A stretch of DNA of 64,000 nucleotides from Patescibacteria group bacterium (GTDB taxonomy: Bacteria; Patescibacteriota; Patescibacteriia; UBA9934). Shown here in pieces: positions 38,337-48,795 of the stretch. Each line of letters opens with the position of its first letter. The stretch's first letter is position 1. A program made the translations under genes and the position numbers. The DNA is taken from NCBI GenBank assembly GCA_041659765.1, contig JBAZXR010000001.1, forward strand, positions 44,537 through 108,536. Direction: 5' to 3'. The notes beneath the pieces are model-generated. The model did not search any database. It was not told where the DNA came from and saw nothing but the letters and a program-made list of their open reading frames with translations.

Positions 38337-38804
38337 ATGGCCGAAGTACAAAAAACATTAGTGTTGGTGAAACCAGACGCTTTGCAACGCGAACTTGCTG
38401 GTGAAGTTATTCACCGCTTGGAACGAAAGGGCCTCAAGATTGTGGCGATGAAAATGGCACATCTCGATGAAGTCACGCTCCGCGAGCACTACGGCCATCT
38501 CCAAGAGAAGGTTTGGTTCCCGTCACTCCTCCAGTTCATGATGCAGACCCCGGTGATTGCCATGGTGCTTGAAGGACTCGACGCGATTGAAACGGTCCGC
38601 CTCATTGTGGGCGCTACAAATCCACGTGCCGCTGACGCCGGAACTATCCGCGCCGACCTGTCCATGAACGTCCCTTCAAACATGGTCCACGCTTCTGACT
38701 CTATCGAAGCCGCCGCCGCCGAGGTGAAGCGTTTCTTTAAAGATGACGAGATTTTTGCCTACGAAAAGCTGACCGATAAGTTCCACTTTGGTGAGGGTGT
38801 GTAA
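38337..38804 (+). CDS. ndk: Nucleoside diphosphate kinase
   Basis: 155 aa; TLVLVKPDA...NMVHASDS with active-site His. Confidence 0.9.
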   Translation: MAEVQKTLVLVKPDALQRELAGEVIHRLERKGLKIVAMKMAHLDEVTLREHYGHLQEKVWFPSLLQFMMQTPVIAMVLEGLDAIETVRLIVGATNPRAADAGTIRADLSMNVPSNMVHASDSIEAAAAEVKRFFKDDEIFAYEKLTDKFHFGEGV

Positions 38805-38824
38805 GAAGGGCTTGGAAGGCTGAA

Positions 38825-38851
38825 AAAGCGGCGCTATTGCGCCGTTTTTTG
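38825..38851 (+). terminator. Intrinsic terminator after ndk
   Basis: GCGGCGC-TATT-GCGCCG followed by TTTTTT. Confidence 0.7.
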
Positions 38852-38915
38852 CTTTTTGTTAGGGTCAAAGTCTCGTTCTATCCAAGAAAACGTCTAACCG
38901 TATTGGGGGGGAGTC

Positions 38916-40316
38916 ATGAATAAGGGGGCTGACGACGATTGGGTTGACGAGGCAGAGTTCGGCGATGGGTCGGAAATTGAATCCACCTTTCGTCCCTCGG
39001 ATGCACTCCGGTTTCTGTCTTTTCAGCGCGAGCTTGAATCGATCGAACGCCTCTGGGCCGCCTACAAGCGGCACCGGAAGCGCGGGGCGAAGATGAAGTC
39101 CGCTTTCTACCACGCGTGGAAGACGGTGCATCGGAGCGGGGAAGACGCTCTACCGTCGCTCGGCGCCAGAGATTTCTGGAGCTTGATCGTTGGTCGGACG
39201 GACTATTCGCAGCTGTACGCCGACACCATCGTGAGCGAGTACGCTCATCCGTTCAGGAAGAAACTGCGGGCTCACAACGGAGCAGCCAACCGGGTGAGTC
39301 CGGTAAAATTGCTTCAGTTGTGGATCCGGACCCGCGACCGCGTAGATCGACTCGGCCGTTTGGCGTGTTTCGAGGCGAAAAGAAACTACGTCTTCGGTTC
39401 ACAGTTCTCACAGATCCAGATCGCGGATCCTGACCAGTGGATTTCTGACGACGTCGTTGCCATCGACGAACTTTCACTCAACCGACTGTTCGTGCGCGAC
39501 GCTTCTCAAGACGTGTATACGGTGTTTGTGCTTGATACGCGTAAATATAATCGGCTCGTCAAGAGCAAGGTTCGGGTGACGCTGTCGTATGACGAGGCAA
39601 AGCGGTGGTTTGACGAGTGGACTGCTGTGGCACCCACTCATCATCTCGTGAAGATGGAGGAGCGTACCTGTCGGGTAGTGCGGGTGAAGGCCAAGAAGAA
39701 TCGTCCGGAGCGTCTGTACTACGTGGAAGATGATGATCGCCGCAAGCGTTCATTCTCCCGACTGCGGAAGTACGAACACCTCGCTTCCACTTGGGAGGAG
39801 GCGCACCCCGAAGAAGGCGTAGCGCACCCGCGCATCAACGACAGCCGCGGGATGCTTCTCACCGTTGTCTCGATTCACGAGGGTGATGAGCTCCGTCTCC
39901 CCACGCGTTCATGCGCGCTCGCACTCAAGCGGATCGCCAAACGGCGTATGTGGTCGAAGGCTCCGCTCTCGGTGCTTAGTGAGCAAGCACGGCCGCTCCG
40001 TCGTTTGAAAGACGCTGAAGGGACCCACCGCGACTCGAATCCTGATTACTGGGACGCGAAGATCATCGGCAACTACCGCTGGAAGGACGATGATCGGTTT
40101 GTCGAAGTGCTGGTGGAGCAGAAGTTCACCACGCTTCAAGACCGCATCAACGAGGAAAATGCCACGGACGACTTGAACCACGGCGTGCGTCGGGGGAAGC
40201 AGATCCTTCGGCTCCTCAAGTCCTACTTCCCGGTGGAGATCTATTCGGTCGATTGGGACTCCCAAGCGGTGCAGGACAGACTCCTCCGCTACTGGGAAGA
40301 GCGTTTCAGTGATTGA
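38916..40316 (+). CDS. Hypothetical Arg-rich protein (466 aa), GC-rich (~62%) orphan gene
   Basis: Long uninterrupted ORF with GGGGGGAG upstream. Strongly elevated GC relative to its neighbours. Flanked by the ndk terminator and hairpin repeat copy 3. No family recognised. Confidence 0.55.
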   Translation: MNKGADDDWVDEAEFGDGSEIESTFRPSDALRFLSFQRELESIERLWAAYKRHRKRGAKMKSAFYHAWKTVHRSGEDALPSLGARDFWSLIVGRTDYSQLYADTIVSEYAHPFRKKLRAHNGAANRVSPVKLLQLWIRTRDRVDRLGRLACFEAKRNYVFGSQFSQIQIADPDQWISDDVVAIDELSLNRLFVRDASQDVYTVFVLDTRKYNRLVKSKVRVTLSYDEAKRWFDEWTAVAPTHHLVKMEERTCRVVRVKAKKNRPERLYYVEDDDRRKRSFSRLRKYEHLASTWEEAHPEEGVAHPRINDSRGMLLTVVSIHEGDELRLPTRSCALALKRIAKRRMWSKAPLSVLSEQARPLRRLKDAEGTHRDSNPDYWDAKIIGNYRWKDDDRFVEVLVEQKFTTLQDRINEENATDDLNHGVRRGKQILRLLKSYFPVEIYSVDWDSQAVQDRLLRYWEERFSD

Positions 40317-40395
40317 TCGTAACCGTGCCCCGGGCTCGAAGCCTGGGGCGCGGTTCCTCTTTTTTTAAGGCTCGTGTACTCTATTCAAGGGCGCA

Positions 40396-40456
40396 GAAAG
40401 TATTCGAAAAAATCTGTTAGGAGGTAATCCGACTCCAGATTTTTGCGAATGCTTTC
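40396..40456. repeat. Intergenic hairpin repeat copy 3 (loop motif in reverse orientation: TTAGGAGGTAATCCGACTC)
   Basis: Arms GAAAGTATTCGAAAAAATCTG / CAGATTTTTGCGAATGCTTTC (2 mismatches); the loop 19-mer lies 50 nt upstream of the next ATG. Confidence 0.8.
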
Positions 40457-40485
40457 GAAGCCCGATATCTGTTGAACCCAATCCT

Positions 40486-41031
40486 ATGAACATCGTCGTC
40501 TTACTTGGTACGGTTCGTAAAGGTCGTCAATCAGAAAAACCGTATAGAGTTATTTTAGATCTATTAAAAAAGAAAGGCGCTGAGGTGGTTGCGGTCGATT
40601 GCGCTGACCTCGACTTGCCGAGATTTGACGGCGAACGCTATGAACACGCAGGCGTAAAACTGCTCACGAGTGCGGTGGCCGCTGCTGACGCAATTATTGT
40701 TGTCACACCGGAATACAATCATTTCATTCCCGGGGTTCTGAAGGATGCGATTGATTTCTGTAGAAAGCGCGAAATCATGAGTAAGCCGTTGGCGACTGTT
40801 GGTGTCTCGAGTGGTGCGTTCGGGGGAGTGCGGGCTATTAAACAGCTCGAGGCTATTTGGATCGGTAGTAAGGGGATTGTCTTGCCGGTCTTTTTGCCAA
40901 CACCGATGATCGAACAATTCGATGAACAGAACCCTCCTACGGATTGGTTGGCAAAGGCAGAATCTTTTGTAGATCTCGCCATTCAAATGTTCACTGTTAT
41001 TGCTGAGGGAAAGAAAATCGTTGCGAAATAA
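40486..41031 (+). CDS. NADPH-dependent FMN reductase family protein (flavodoxin-like fold)
   Basis: 181 aa; VVTPEYNHFIPGVLKDAIDF signature. Confidence 0.75.
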   Translation: MNIVVLLGTVRKGRQSEKPYRVILDLLKKKGAEVVAVDCADLDLPRFDGERYEHAGVKLLTSAVAAADAIIVVTPEYNHFIPGVLKDAIDFCRKREIMSKPLATVGVSSGAFGGVRAIKQLEAIWIGSKGIVLPVFLPTPMIEQFDEQNPPTDWLAKAESFVDLAIQMFTVIAEGKKIVAK

Positions 41032-41032
41032 T

Positions 41033-42331
41033 ATGAACATTTTGAAAGTCACGGGTGGAAAACCGCTTCACGGTTCAGTCAAAATTGCCGGTGCAAAGAA
41101 TGCCGCATCAAAAATGATGATCGCGTGCTTGCTGACTGCTGACGAAGTCACGCTCGAGAACGTGCCACTGCAGCAGGAGTCTGAAATCGCTCGCGAACTC
41201 ATTACCATGCTCGGCGCGAAGACTGAACTAGTCGACCACACCCTGAAGATTCAGGTGAAAGAGATCGCTACGACTTCAGCTATGCAACTGTCACGCAAGA
41301 ACCGCCTGGCGATTCTCGCGCTTGCGCCGTTGCTTCATCGTGCGGGGGAGGGCTATGTCCCAACCCTCGGTGGCGACAAAATTGGGCCTCGACCAGTGAA
41401 TTTTCATATTGATGTCCTTGAGAAAATGGGTGCAACTATTGAAGCGGATACTGAAGGGTACCGAGCAACGGTGAAAGGCGGTCTCAAAGGAACGCTGATT
41501 GAACTGCCATATCCATCAGTAGGTACGACTGAAACTGCGATTTTGGCTGGCGTGCTCGCGAAGGGTCGAACAGTGATTAAGAACGCGGCCATTGAATCCG
41601 AGATTCTCGATCTCATTTTGATGCTCCAGAAGATGGGCGCGATTATTGAGATGGGTGCTGGTCGTCATATTGAAATTACTGGGGTCGAAAAATTGCACGG
41701 CTGTACGCATCGCATTTTGCCGGATCGTATGGAGGCGGCGAGCTATGCTTCAATGGCACTTGCGACTCGTGGTGAGATCTTCTGCGAGGGTGCAGAACAT
41801 CGAGATATGATCACTTTTCTGAATGCTGTCCGACGAATGGGCGGGGAGTACGTTGTTGAAGAAAGCGGTATTCGTTTTATCGGCTCAAAGAAATATAACG
41901 GTTTGCAGATTGAAACCGATACGCATCCCGGTTTTATGACTGATTGGCAGCAACCGCTTGTCGTGGCGTTGACGCAGGCCGAGGGAACGAGCGTGGTACA
42001 CGAAACGGTTTTTCAGGAAAGATTCGCGTACGCAGAAGAACTCGTAAAGATGGGCGCGGATATTACGTTGTTCGAGAATTGTCTCGGCGAGGTGTCATGT
42101 CGCTTTAAGGACCAGAATTACAAGCACTCCGCAGTCATTAAGGGACCGACGGCGTTGAAGCCTGCGACTGAACTTAAAGTGCCAGATATCCGTGCTGGTC
42201 TTGCATATGTCATCGCCGCGCTCGTTGCTGACGGGGAGTCGACGCTGACTGGCATCGAGCATCTTGAGCGCGGGTACGAGGATTTGTTTGGTAAGCTTCG
42301 ATCAGTGGGTGCCGATATCTCTGTTGAATAA
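41033..42331 (+). CDS. murA: UDP-N-acetylglucosamine 1-carboxyvinyltransferase
   Basis: MNILKVTGGKPLHGSVKIAGAKNAA N-terminus; EPSP-synthase fold; ATG 1 nt after the upstream stop. Confidence 0.9.
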   Translation: MNILKVTGGKPLHGSVKIAGAKNAASKMMIACLLTADEVTLENVPLQQESEIARELITMLGAKTELVDHTLKIQVKEIATTSAMQLSRKNRLAILALAPLLHRAGEGYVPTLGGDKIGPRPVNFHIDVLEKMGATIEADTEGYRATVKGGLKGTLIELPYPSVGTTETAILAGVLAKGRTVIKNAAIESEILDLILMLQKMGAIIEMGAGRHIEITGVEKLHGCTHRILPDRMEAASYASMALATRGEIFCEGAEHRDMITFLNAVRRMGGEYVVEESGIRFIGSKKYNGLQIETDTHPGFMTDWQQPLVVALTQAEGTSVVHETVFQERFAYAEELVKMGADITLFENCLGEVSCRFKDQNYKHSAVIKGPTALKPATELKVPDIRAGLAYVIAALVADGESTLTGIEHLERGYEDLFGKLRSVGADISVE

Positions 42332-42341
42332 TTTTCTTCCT

Positions 42342-42416
42342 GGGACGCAGAATGTTTTCGGAAAAATTGTTAGGAGGTAATCTGACACCAATTTTTACGA
42401 GAACATTCGTAGTCCC
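42342..42416. repeat. Intergenic hairpin repeat copy 4 (28-bp imperfect stem; loop TTAGGAGGTAATCTGACAC)
   Basis: Arms GGGACGCAGAATGTTTTCGGAAAAATTG / CAATTTTTACGAGAACATTCGTAGTCCC; the loop lies 50 nt upstream of the next ATG. Confidence 0.8.
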
Positions 42417-42438
42417 AAAAAAAGCGTGGACAAAAACT

Positions 42439-43119
42439 ATGTTCTTATCTCTTCTCTTCACATCGCCATTTCTCGCTTTGGCCTGGGCCACGGCGTTGAT
42501 TTTGTCGCTCACTGTCCACGAGTTCGCGCACGCGCTCGTGGGGAAGTGGAGAGGAGACGATACCGCTGAACAGCTGGGGAGACTGACGTTGAACCCGCTA
42601 GCCCATCTCGATATCGCCGGCACGCTTATGTTACTTATTGTTGGTTTTGGTTGGGCTAAGCCGGTGCCATTTAATCCTACTCGCCTCAAGAATCCGCTGG
42701 CCGATGGAATTGCCATCGCGCTCGCTGGCCCCTTCGCCAACCTTATTTTGGCTGTTATTGCAGCCGGAGTTTTTCACGGACTCGCTAAGTCAGGGTCGCT
42801 CGATCCTAATTCTATCTTGCCGGCGTTCTTGATTTTTGTGCTGCTCGTGAACATGCTTTTACTTTTCTTTAACCTTATTCCAGTTCCACCGCTCGATGGC
42901 TCGAAGGTCCTCGATGCGGCGCTCGTGCATGGTAACGCGCTTCAGGCTCGCGACTGGTTGGAGGTGAATGGTCCGAAGATTCTGCTGGGTTTGGTTATTC
43001 TTTCTTTGGTGACTCCGTTTAATGTTTTTGTGGTGGTGCAGGCACCAGCCACCATCGCCTGCGATCAGCTCTCTCAAACGTCATGCCTGGGTCTTCTCGA
43101 GCAATATCTTGGAGAATAG
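42439..43119 (+). CDS. Site-2 protease family zinc metalloprotease (peptidase M50)
   Basis: HEFAHAL (HExxH) and NLIPVPPLDG motifs; polytopic membrane protein. Start moved to the ATG at 42439, downstream of the repeat. Confidence 0.8.
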   Translation: MFLSLLFTSPFLALAWATALILSLTVHEFAHALVGKWRGDDTAEQLGRLTLNPLAHLDIAGTLMLLIVGFGWAKPVPFNPTRLKNPLADGIAIALAGPFANLILAVIAAGVFHGLAKSGSLDPNSILPAFLIFVLLVNMLLLFFNLIPVPPLDGSKVLDAALVHGNALQARDWLEVNGPKILLGLVILSLVTPFNVFVVVQAPATIACDQLSQTSCLGLLEQYLGE

Positions 43120-43206
43120 CAGAGATTAGCGAAAATATTTGTTTTCTGCAGGGGGACAGTCCCGGTTGACCAATAATTTCTCTTATGTTAGAGTTTTGCC
43201 ACTTTT

Positions 43207-43641
43207 ATGCCCACCATCAATCAACTCATTAGAAAGGGCCGTACGTCTGCTAAGCGCAAGAGCAAGTCTCCGGCCATGCAGTACACGCACGATTCCCTGC
43301 ACCGTTTGCGCACCGTTCTCCCTAAGGGGGCTCCGTTTAAGCGCGGCGTGTGTGTGAAGGTCACCACCATGACTCCAAAAAAGCCAAACTCGGCTTTGCG
43401 TAAGATTGCGCGTATTCGCCTTTCTAACGGCACGGAAGTCACGGCCTACATTCCTGGCGAAGGTCACAACCTCCAGGAACACTCCATTGTTATGATTCGC
43501 GGCGGACGTGTGAAGGACCTTCCTGGTGTGCGTTATCACATCGTGCGCGGACGCTATGACGCCACCGGCGTTGAGGGCCGCAACCGTAGCCGTTCACTGT
43601 ACGGTACAAAGAAACCAAAGGCTGCCAAGGCAAAGAAGTAA
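43207..43641 (+). CDS. rpsL: 30S ribosomal protein S12
   Basis: [12 protein letters not shown]...; 144 aa. Confidence 0.95.
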   Translation: MPTINQLIRKGRTSAKRKSKSPAMQYTHDSLHRLRTVLPKGAPFKRGVCVKVTTMTPKKPNSALRKIARIRLSNGTEVTAYIPGEGHNLQEHSIVMIRGGRVKDLPGVRYHIVRGRYDATGVEGRNRSRSLYGTKKPKAAKAKK

Positions 43642-43724
43642 GGTTTAACTAAATTATTCAATAGTTCTCGAGTACCGCACACCACGCGGGAAGAAAAAAC
43701 GGGAACCCAAAACACTAATATAAT

Positions 43725-44192
43725 ATGCGTGGTAAAGCTGCTGTTAAGCGCGTTCTCATTCCCGACTTTAAGTATGGGAATGTTTTGGTTGCAAAGCTCA
43801 TCAATTACGTCATGAAGGATGGTAAGAAGTCTACGGCCGAACGGGTCGTGTATGATTGTTTTGCGATTGTTGCCGAGGAAACAAAAGAAGACCCAATGGT
43901 TGTCTTTGATAACGCTCTCAAAAACATCACGCCAACCGTTGAAGTGAAGAGCAAGCGCGTTGGTGGTGCTAACTACCAGGTGCCTATGCCGGTTCGCGGT
44001 GATCGCCGCTACGCTTTGGCGTACCGCTGGCTCCTGGACGCCGCTCGCGGCAAGAAGGGCAAGCCAATGGCCGAGAAGCTCGCAGAAGAGATTATGCTCG
44101 CCGCTAAGAATGAAGGTGACTCCGTGAAGAAGCGTGCCGACGTTCAGCGTATGGCTGATGCCAACCGTGCCTTCGCTCACTTCGCTCGGTAA
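43725..44192 (+). CDS. rpsG: 30S ribosomal protein S7
   Basis: 155 aa S7 family. Confidence 0.95.
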   Translation: MRGKAAVKRVLIPDFKYGNVLVAKLINYVMKDGKKSTAERVVYDCFAIVAEETKEDPMVVFDNALKNITPTVEVKSKRVGGANYQVPMPVRGDRRYALAYRWLLDAARGKKGKPMAEKLAEEIMLAAKNEGDSVKKRADVQRMADANRAFAHFAR

Positions 44193-44204
44193 TTTCCATT
44201 TTCT

Positions 44205-46307
44205 ATGAACCGTGATTATCCGTTAGAGCGAGTTCGCAACATCGGAATCATTGCGCACATTGACGCTGGTAAGACCACTACCACAGAGCGCGTGCTTTTC
44301 TACACCGGTAAGAAGCACAAGATTGGCGAAGTGCATGAGGGCGAAGCCACCATGGACTGGATGGAGCAGGAACAGGAGCGCGGTATCACTATTACGGCTG
44401 CGGCTACTACCTGTTTCTGGAAGGATCACCGCATTAACATTATTGACACCCCAGGACACGTGGACTTCACCGTTGAAGTTGAGCGTTCTTTGCGCGTGCT
44501 TGATGGCGGCGTGACCGTTTTTGACGGTGTGGCTGGCGTTGAACCGCAGTCAGAAACCGTGTGGCACCAGGCTGATAAATACGGCGTGCCACGCGTTTGT
44601 TATATCAACAAATTGGACCGCACGGGCGCAGACTTCTATAAGGACTTGGCGAGCATTCACGCCCGCCTCTCTACAAACGCACATCCTATTCAGTTGCCGA
44701 TTGGCGTTGAATCTGATTTCGTGGGTTTGATCGACCTTTTCACCCGCAAGGCCTACATCTATAAGGATGACCTCGGAAAAGAAATTGACGAGATTGAAGT
44801 GCCGGAGGAATACAAAGAGAAGGTTGAGAAGTTCCGCGCACAGCTTGTAGAGGCTTGTGTTGAGCATGATGAAACACTCATGGAGCGTTTCTTTGCTGGC
44901 GAAGAAATTTCTGTCCCAGAACTGAAGGCCGCGCTTCGCAAGGGCGTTATTGCCATGAAAGTATTTCCGGTTATTTGTGGTTCATCCTTGAAGAACAAGG
45001 GCGTTCAGCAGATGCTTGATGCGGTTGTCGATTTCCTACCGTCTCCGCTTGATCGTCCGGCCATTTCTGGTTTTAATCCGGACAATCCAGAGGAGTTGAT
45101 TGAATGTCCAGCTAAGGATGACGCACCATTTGCGGCGCTCGCCTTTAAGATTGCCGCTGATCCATTTGTGGGCAAGCTTGCTTTCTTCCGCGTGTACTCT
45201 GGCTCTGTGAAGTCTGGTTCATACATCTTGAACTCTTCTACCGGTGAGAAGGAGCGCTTGTCCCGCATTGTCCGCTTGCACGCTAACTCGCGTGAAGAAG
45301 TGGACCAGGTGTATGCCGGTGAAATTGCCGCTGCCGTAGGTTTGAAAGGCACCGCTACCGGTCAGACGCTCTGTGATCCGGATCACCCAATTGTTCTCGA
45401 GTCCATCACCTTTGCTGCTCCGGTTATTTCCCAGGCTGTTGAACCAAAGACGAAGGGCGATCAGGAACGCATGGGCATGGCACTTGGAAAACTCATGGAA
45501 GAAGATCCTACTTTCCATGTGAACACTGATCCCGATTCCAATCAGACGATTATTGCAGGCATGGGCGAGCTTCACCTTGAAATCATGGTGGATCGCATGA
45601 AGCGTGAATACTCGGTCGAAGTGAACGTCGGCAAGCCACAGGTAAGCTACCGTGAAACCATTCGCGCTTCAGCTGAAGGTGAAGGACGCTACATTAAGCA
45701 GTCTGGTGGTCGCGGTCAGTATGGTCACGCATGGTTGCGTGTAGAACCGTTCATTGATCCTGAAGGCGAGAACTTCGTCTTTGAGGACGAGGTGAAGGGC
45801 GGTGCAATTCCGCGCGAGTTCATTACCCCAATTGGTAAGGGCGCGCGTGAAGCGTGTGATCGCGGTGTGTTGGCAGGCTTCCCACTCATTAACATCAAGG
45901 CCACTGTTTTTGACGGTTCGTACCATGATGTTGACTCTAATGAAGCCGCCTTTAAGATGGCCGGCTCCATGGCTTTCCAGGCAGCTATTAAGAACGCTAA
46001 GCCAGTCTTGCTCGAGCCAATCATGAAAATCGAGGTGGTAACACCAGAAGACTTCATGGGTACAGTGGTTGGAGACTTGAACAGCAAGCGCGGACAGATT
46101 CAGGAGATGGGCGATCGCGGAAACATGAAGACCGTCCGCGCTCTTGTGCCTCTCGCTGAAATGTTCGGCTACGCTACAAACCTCCGTTCGTTGACCCAGG
46201 GTCGCGCCTCCTCCTCCATGGAGTTTGGCGAGTACCAGGAAACCCCACGCAACGTGACGGAAGCCATTATCAAAGAAAGAACGGGCAAGCTATCAGAAAG
46301 AGTGTAG
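44205..46307 (+). CDS. fusA: Elongation factor G
   Basis: 700 aa; [21 protein letters not shown]. Confidence 0.95.
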   Translation: MNRDYPLERVRNIGIIAHIDAGKTTTTERVLFYTGKKHKIGEVHEGEATMDWMEQEQERGITITAAATTCFWKDHRINIIDTPGHVDFTVEVERSLRVLDGGVTVFDGVAGVEPQSETVWHQADKYGVPRVCYINKLDRTGADFYKDLASIHARLSTNAHPIQLPIGVESDFVGLIDLFTRKAYIYKDDLGKEIDEIEVPEEYKEKVEKFRAQLVEACVEHDETLMERFFAGEEISVPELKAALRKGVIAMKVFPVICGSSLKNKGVQQMLDAVVDFLPSPLDRPAISGFNPDNPEELIECPAKDDAPFAALAFKIAADPFVGKLAFFRVYSGSVKSGSYILNSSTGEKERLSRIVRLHANSREEVDQVYAGEIAAAVGLKGTATGQTLCDPDHPIVLESITFAAPVISQAVEPKTKGDQERMGMALGKLMEEDPTFHVNTDPDSNQTIIAGMGELHLEIMVDRMKREYSVEVNVGKPQVSYRETIRASAEGEGRYIKQSGGRGQYGHAWLRVEPFIDPEGENFVFEDEVKGGAIPREFITPIGKGAREACDRGVLAGFPLINIKATVFDGSYHDVDSNEAAFKMAGSMAFQAAIKNAKPVLLEPIMKIEVVTPEDFMGTVVGDLNSKRGQIQEMGDRGNMKTVRALVPLAEMFGYATNLRSLTQGRASSSMEFGEYQETPRNVTEAIIKERTGKLSERV

Positions 46308-46310
46308 GAA

Positions 46311-46346
46311 AAAGCAAAGCACCCCTCACGGGGTGTTTTTGCTTTA
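46311..46346 (+). terminator. Intrinsic terminator after fusA
   Basis: AAAGCAAAGCACCCC-TCAC-GGGGTGTTTTTGCTTT. Confidence 0.7.
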
Positions 46347-46398
46347 CAAAAGCTAAGTTTTTTGCTAGAGTTGCCGGTCCCTTTTATTGGAGGTAAAC

Positions 46399-46818
46399 GT
46401 GGACGAACCAACGTTTCTTGTTGTCGATGACGACCAGGCTAAGCTAGCTGGCGCCGTGGAGGTGGTGAAGGAGATTTTTCCCGGAGCGGATATCAAAGAA
46501 AGGCTCATTGGGTTCATGGAACCGTGGACCAGGCAGACGCTCGCGGAATATGTCCGTACCGAGGATCGTGACGTGGTCATCATGGACAATAGCTTGGGAA
46601 TGGTCTTGGGTGGTTCGATCGGCGGACCTCTCAGGAAGATGCTCGGTCCTGACCATTCCATGGAGCTCGTGATCTATAGCGGGGATCTCTCCGCTTGGAA
46701 GGGCTCACCGTTCGCCGGCGCACTTGGCCGTCTGGGCTGGCATTACGGAGCAACGCGTAAAGACGAGTTGCGGGAGACGCTCGTACAGTTGCGTCAAGAC
46801 AAGTTCTCAGGCAAATAG
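46399..46818 (+). CDS. Single-domain CheY-like receiver protein (degenerate), GC-rich insert gene
   Basis: GTG 4 nt after GGAGGT. FLVVDDD N-terminus, VVIMDNSLG at the phospho-acceptor position, VIYSGD and a conserved-Lys-like AWKG. Local GC about 60%. Confidence 0.5.
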   Translation: MDEPTFLVVDDDQAKLAGAVEVVKEIFPGADIKERLIGFMEPWTRQTLAEYVRTEDRDVVIMDNSLGMVLGGSIGGPLRKMLGPDHSMELVIYSGDLSAWKGSPFAGALGRLGWHYGATRKDELRETLVQLRQDKFSGK

Positions 46819-46918
46819 CGTCGTTCGGATCCCGTCGTTGGCTTTGTGCCGACGGTGGGATTTTACTTTCCACCTATTTTTTTGACTTTGCGCACCTGAG
46901 TGTCTAAGCTTTCCGCAT

Positions 46919-47389
46919 ATGCAGAACTCCCAACTTGATCGATTGCTGAAATTAGCCAAGCGAACGGGCGACCGTCTCATAGTCACGAGTAATGACGGCG
47001 CCGAGCCGGTGGTCATCCTTCCGCTCGCTGAGTACGAAGGCATGTTAGACGCTATGACCTTTTTTCGCAGCGAAAAAGGGGGGAGCTCCAATCCCGCGTT
47101 TGAGGAAAATACAAACAACGAAGGCGGGTTTGACGCAGATGTTGAGAGAGGTCACGTGAGAAATGCCGTTACTGCTGAGGAGGCCGAAGGGGACTTCGAT
47201 CCGGTGGCTCTTGAACGCCAGGTAATGGCCGCCATGAACCGGGAGGAGCCAGAGGTCGTGCCGGTCGAAACTTCAGCAGAAAGCCAGGCTACGCCAGTTC
47301 CGGAAGAAACCACAAGAAAACCCATTACTCGTAAGGTAAATCAGCCGGAAGACGGGGGAGAAGAGCGGTTCTATCTGGAAGCAGTGTAA
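46919..47389 (+). CDS. Phd/YefM-like antitoxin-domain protein with acidic C-terminal extension; no cognate toxin gene adjacent
   Basis: N-terminus LAKRTGDRLIVTSNDGAEPVVILPLAEYEGMLD matches the YefM/Phd fold pattern. TTGACT-17-TAAGCT promoter ends about 10 nt before the ATG (leaderless). Confidence 0.45.
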   Translation: MQNSQLDRLLKLAKRTGDRLIVTSNDGAEPVVILPLAEYEGMLDAMTFFRSEKGGSSNPAFEENTNNEGGFDADVERGHVRNAVTAEEAEGDFDPVALERQVMAAMNREEPEVVPVETSAESQATPVPEETTRKPITRKVNQPEDGGEERFYLEAV

Positions 47390-47529
47390 ACATTGGGGTT
47401 CTTCGTCCACCCAGCCCCTTGCGCGTTTTACTGAGCTTTGTTACACTCCTCCCGCATTTAAATCTTAGTATTTCATCATTCTTTGCGCCTTTTCTCCTCA
47501 CCCGGGGAAAAAACGCTCCATAAACTTGT

Positions 47530-48723
47530 ATGGCAGAGCAATTTGTGCGTGAAAAGCCACACGTTAACGTTGGCACTATTGGTCACGTTGACCACGGCAA
47601 GACCACTACGACCGCTGCTTTGACTGCTGTTTCAGCAGCCCGCGGCCTCGGTAAGACTAAGTCTTACGCTGATATCGCCAAGGGCGGTACGGTTCGTGAT
47701 GCGTCCAAAATCGTGACTATCGCTACCAGCCACGTTGAGTATTCCTCAGCCAAGCGCCACTACGCGCACGTTGACTGTCCAGGACACGCTGATTATGTGA
47801 AGAACATGATCACGGGTGCTGCTCAGATGGACGCCGCAATTTTGGTGGTTTCCGCCGCTGACGGTCCAATGCCTCAGACTCGCGAGCACATTCTTCTCGC
47901 TCGCCAGGTTGGTGTTCCGTACATCATCGTCTTCTTGAACAAAGTTGACCTTGTTGATGATCCAGAACTCCTTGACCTCGTTGAACAGGAAGTTCGTGAC
48001 CTTTTGACCAAGTACCAGTACCCGGGTGACACCACGCCAATTATCCGCGGTTCCGCCTCTAAGGCGCTTGAGAACCCAGCTGATGATACGGCTGCTAAGC
48101 CAATCCTTGATATTATCAAGGCCTTGGATGAATACGTTCCAGATCCAGTTCGTGATACCGAGAAGCCATTCTTAATGTCAGTGGAAGACGTGTTCTCCAT
48201 TGAAGGACGCGGTACGGTGGTCACCGGTCGTATCGATCGCGGTGTAGTTAAGGTAAACGACGAAGTTGAAATCGTTGGTCTTAAGGATACCCAGAAGACG
48301 GTAGTCACTGGCATCGAAATGTTCAACAAGTCCCTTGATTCCGGTATGGCCGGAGATAACGCCGGTGTTCTGTTGCGCGGCGTGAAGAAGACGGACGTTG
48401 AGCGCGGTCAGGTACTGGCCAAGCCAGGTTCCGTGACCCCTCACACTAAGTTTGAAGCTGAAATCTACGCTTTGACTAAGGAAGAGGGTGGTCGCCACAA
48501 GCCGTTCTTTAAGGGCTACAAGCCACAGTTCTACATCCGCACTACGGATGTAACCGGTGAAATTGAGCTCCCAGCAGGAACCGAGATGGTTATGCCAGGA
48601 GACACGGTTAACTGTGTCGTAACCCTCATGAGCACGGTTGCTCTTGAAGACAAGATGCGTTTCGCTATCCGCGAGGGTGGCCGCACGGTTGGTGCTGGTG
48701 TGGTTGTAAAAATTATTGAATAA
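47530..48723 (+). CDS. tuf: Elongation factor Tu
   Basis: 397 aa; [21 protein letters not shown]. Confidence 0.95.
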   Translation: MAEQFVREKPHVNVGTIGHVDHGKTTTTAALTAVSAARGLGKTKSYADIAKGGTVRDASKIVTIATSHVEYSSAKRHYAHVDCPGHADYVKNMITGAAQMDAAILVVSAADGPMPQTREHILLARQVGVPYIIVFLNKVDLVDDPELLDLVEQEVRDLLTKYQYPGDTTPIIRGSASKALENPADDTAAKPILDIIKALDEYVPDPVRDTEKPFLMSVEDVFSIEGRGTVVTGRIDRGVVKVNDEVEIVGLKDTQKTVVTGIEMFNKSLDSGMAGDNAGVLLRGVKKTDVERGQVLAKPGSVTPHTKFEAEIYALTKEEGGRHKPFFKGYKPQFYIRTTDVTGEIELPAGTEMVMPGDTVNCVVTLMSTVALEDKMRFAIREGGRTVGAGVVVKIIE

Positions 48724-48733
48724 TGTCCCACAT

Positions 48734-48763
48734 GTAGGGGCGGGTTTAAAGACTCGCCCCTAC
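48734..48763 (+). terminator. Hairpin between tuf and rpsJ (weak terminator or attenuator)
   Basis: GTAGGGGCG...CGCCCCTAC 9-bp stem without a clear U-tract. Confidence 0.35.
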
Positions 48764-48795
48764 CTCTGTAAACAATTGTCCTTTGTTCCCCTTGT

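Noticed and set aside
42352-42438. ORF start at 42352 for the site-2 protease
   Set aside because: That N-terminal extension is the translation of hairpin repeat copy 4, so it is a repeat-derived false start. The TM region of the protease begins at the ATG at 42439.
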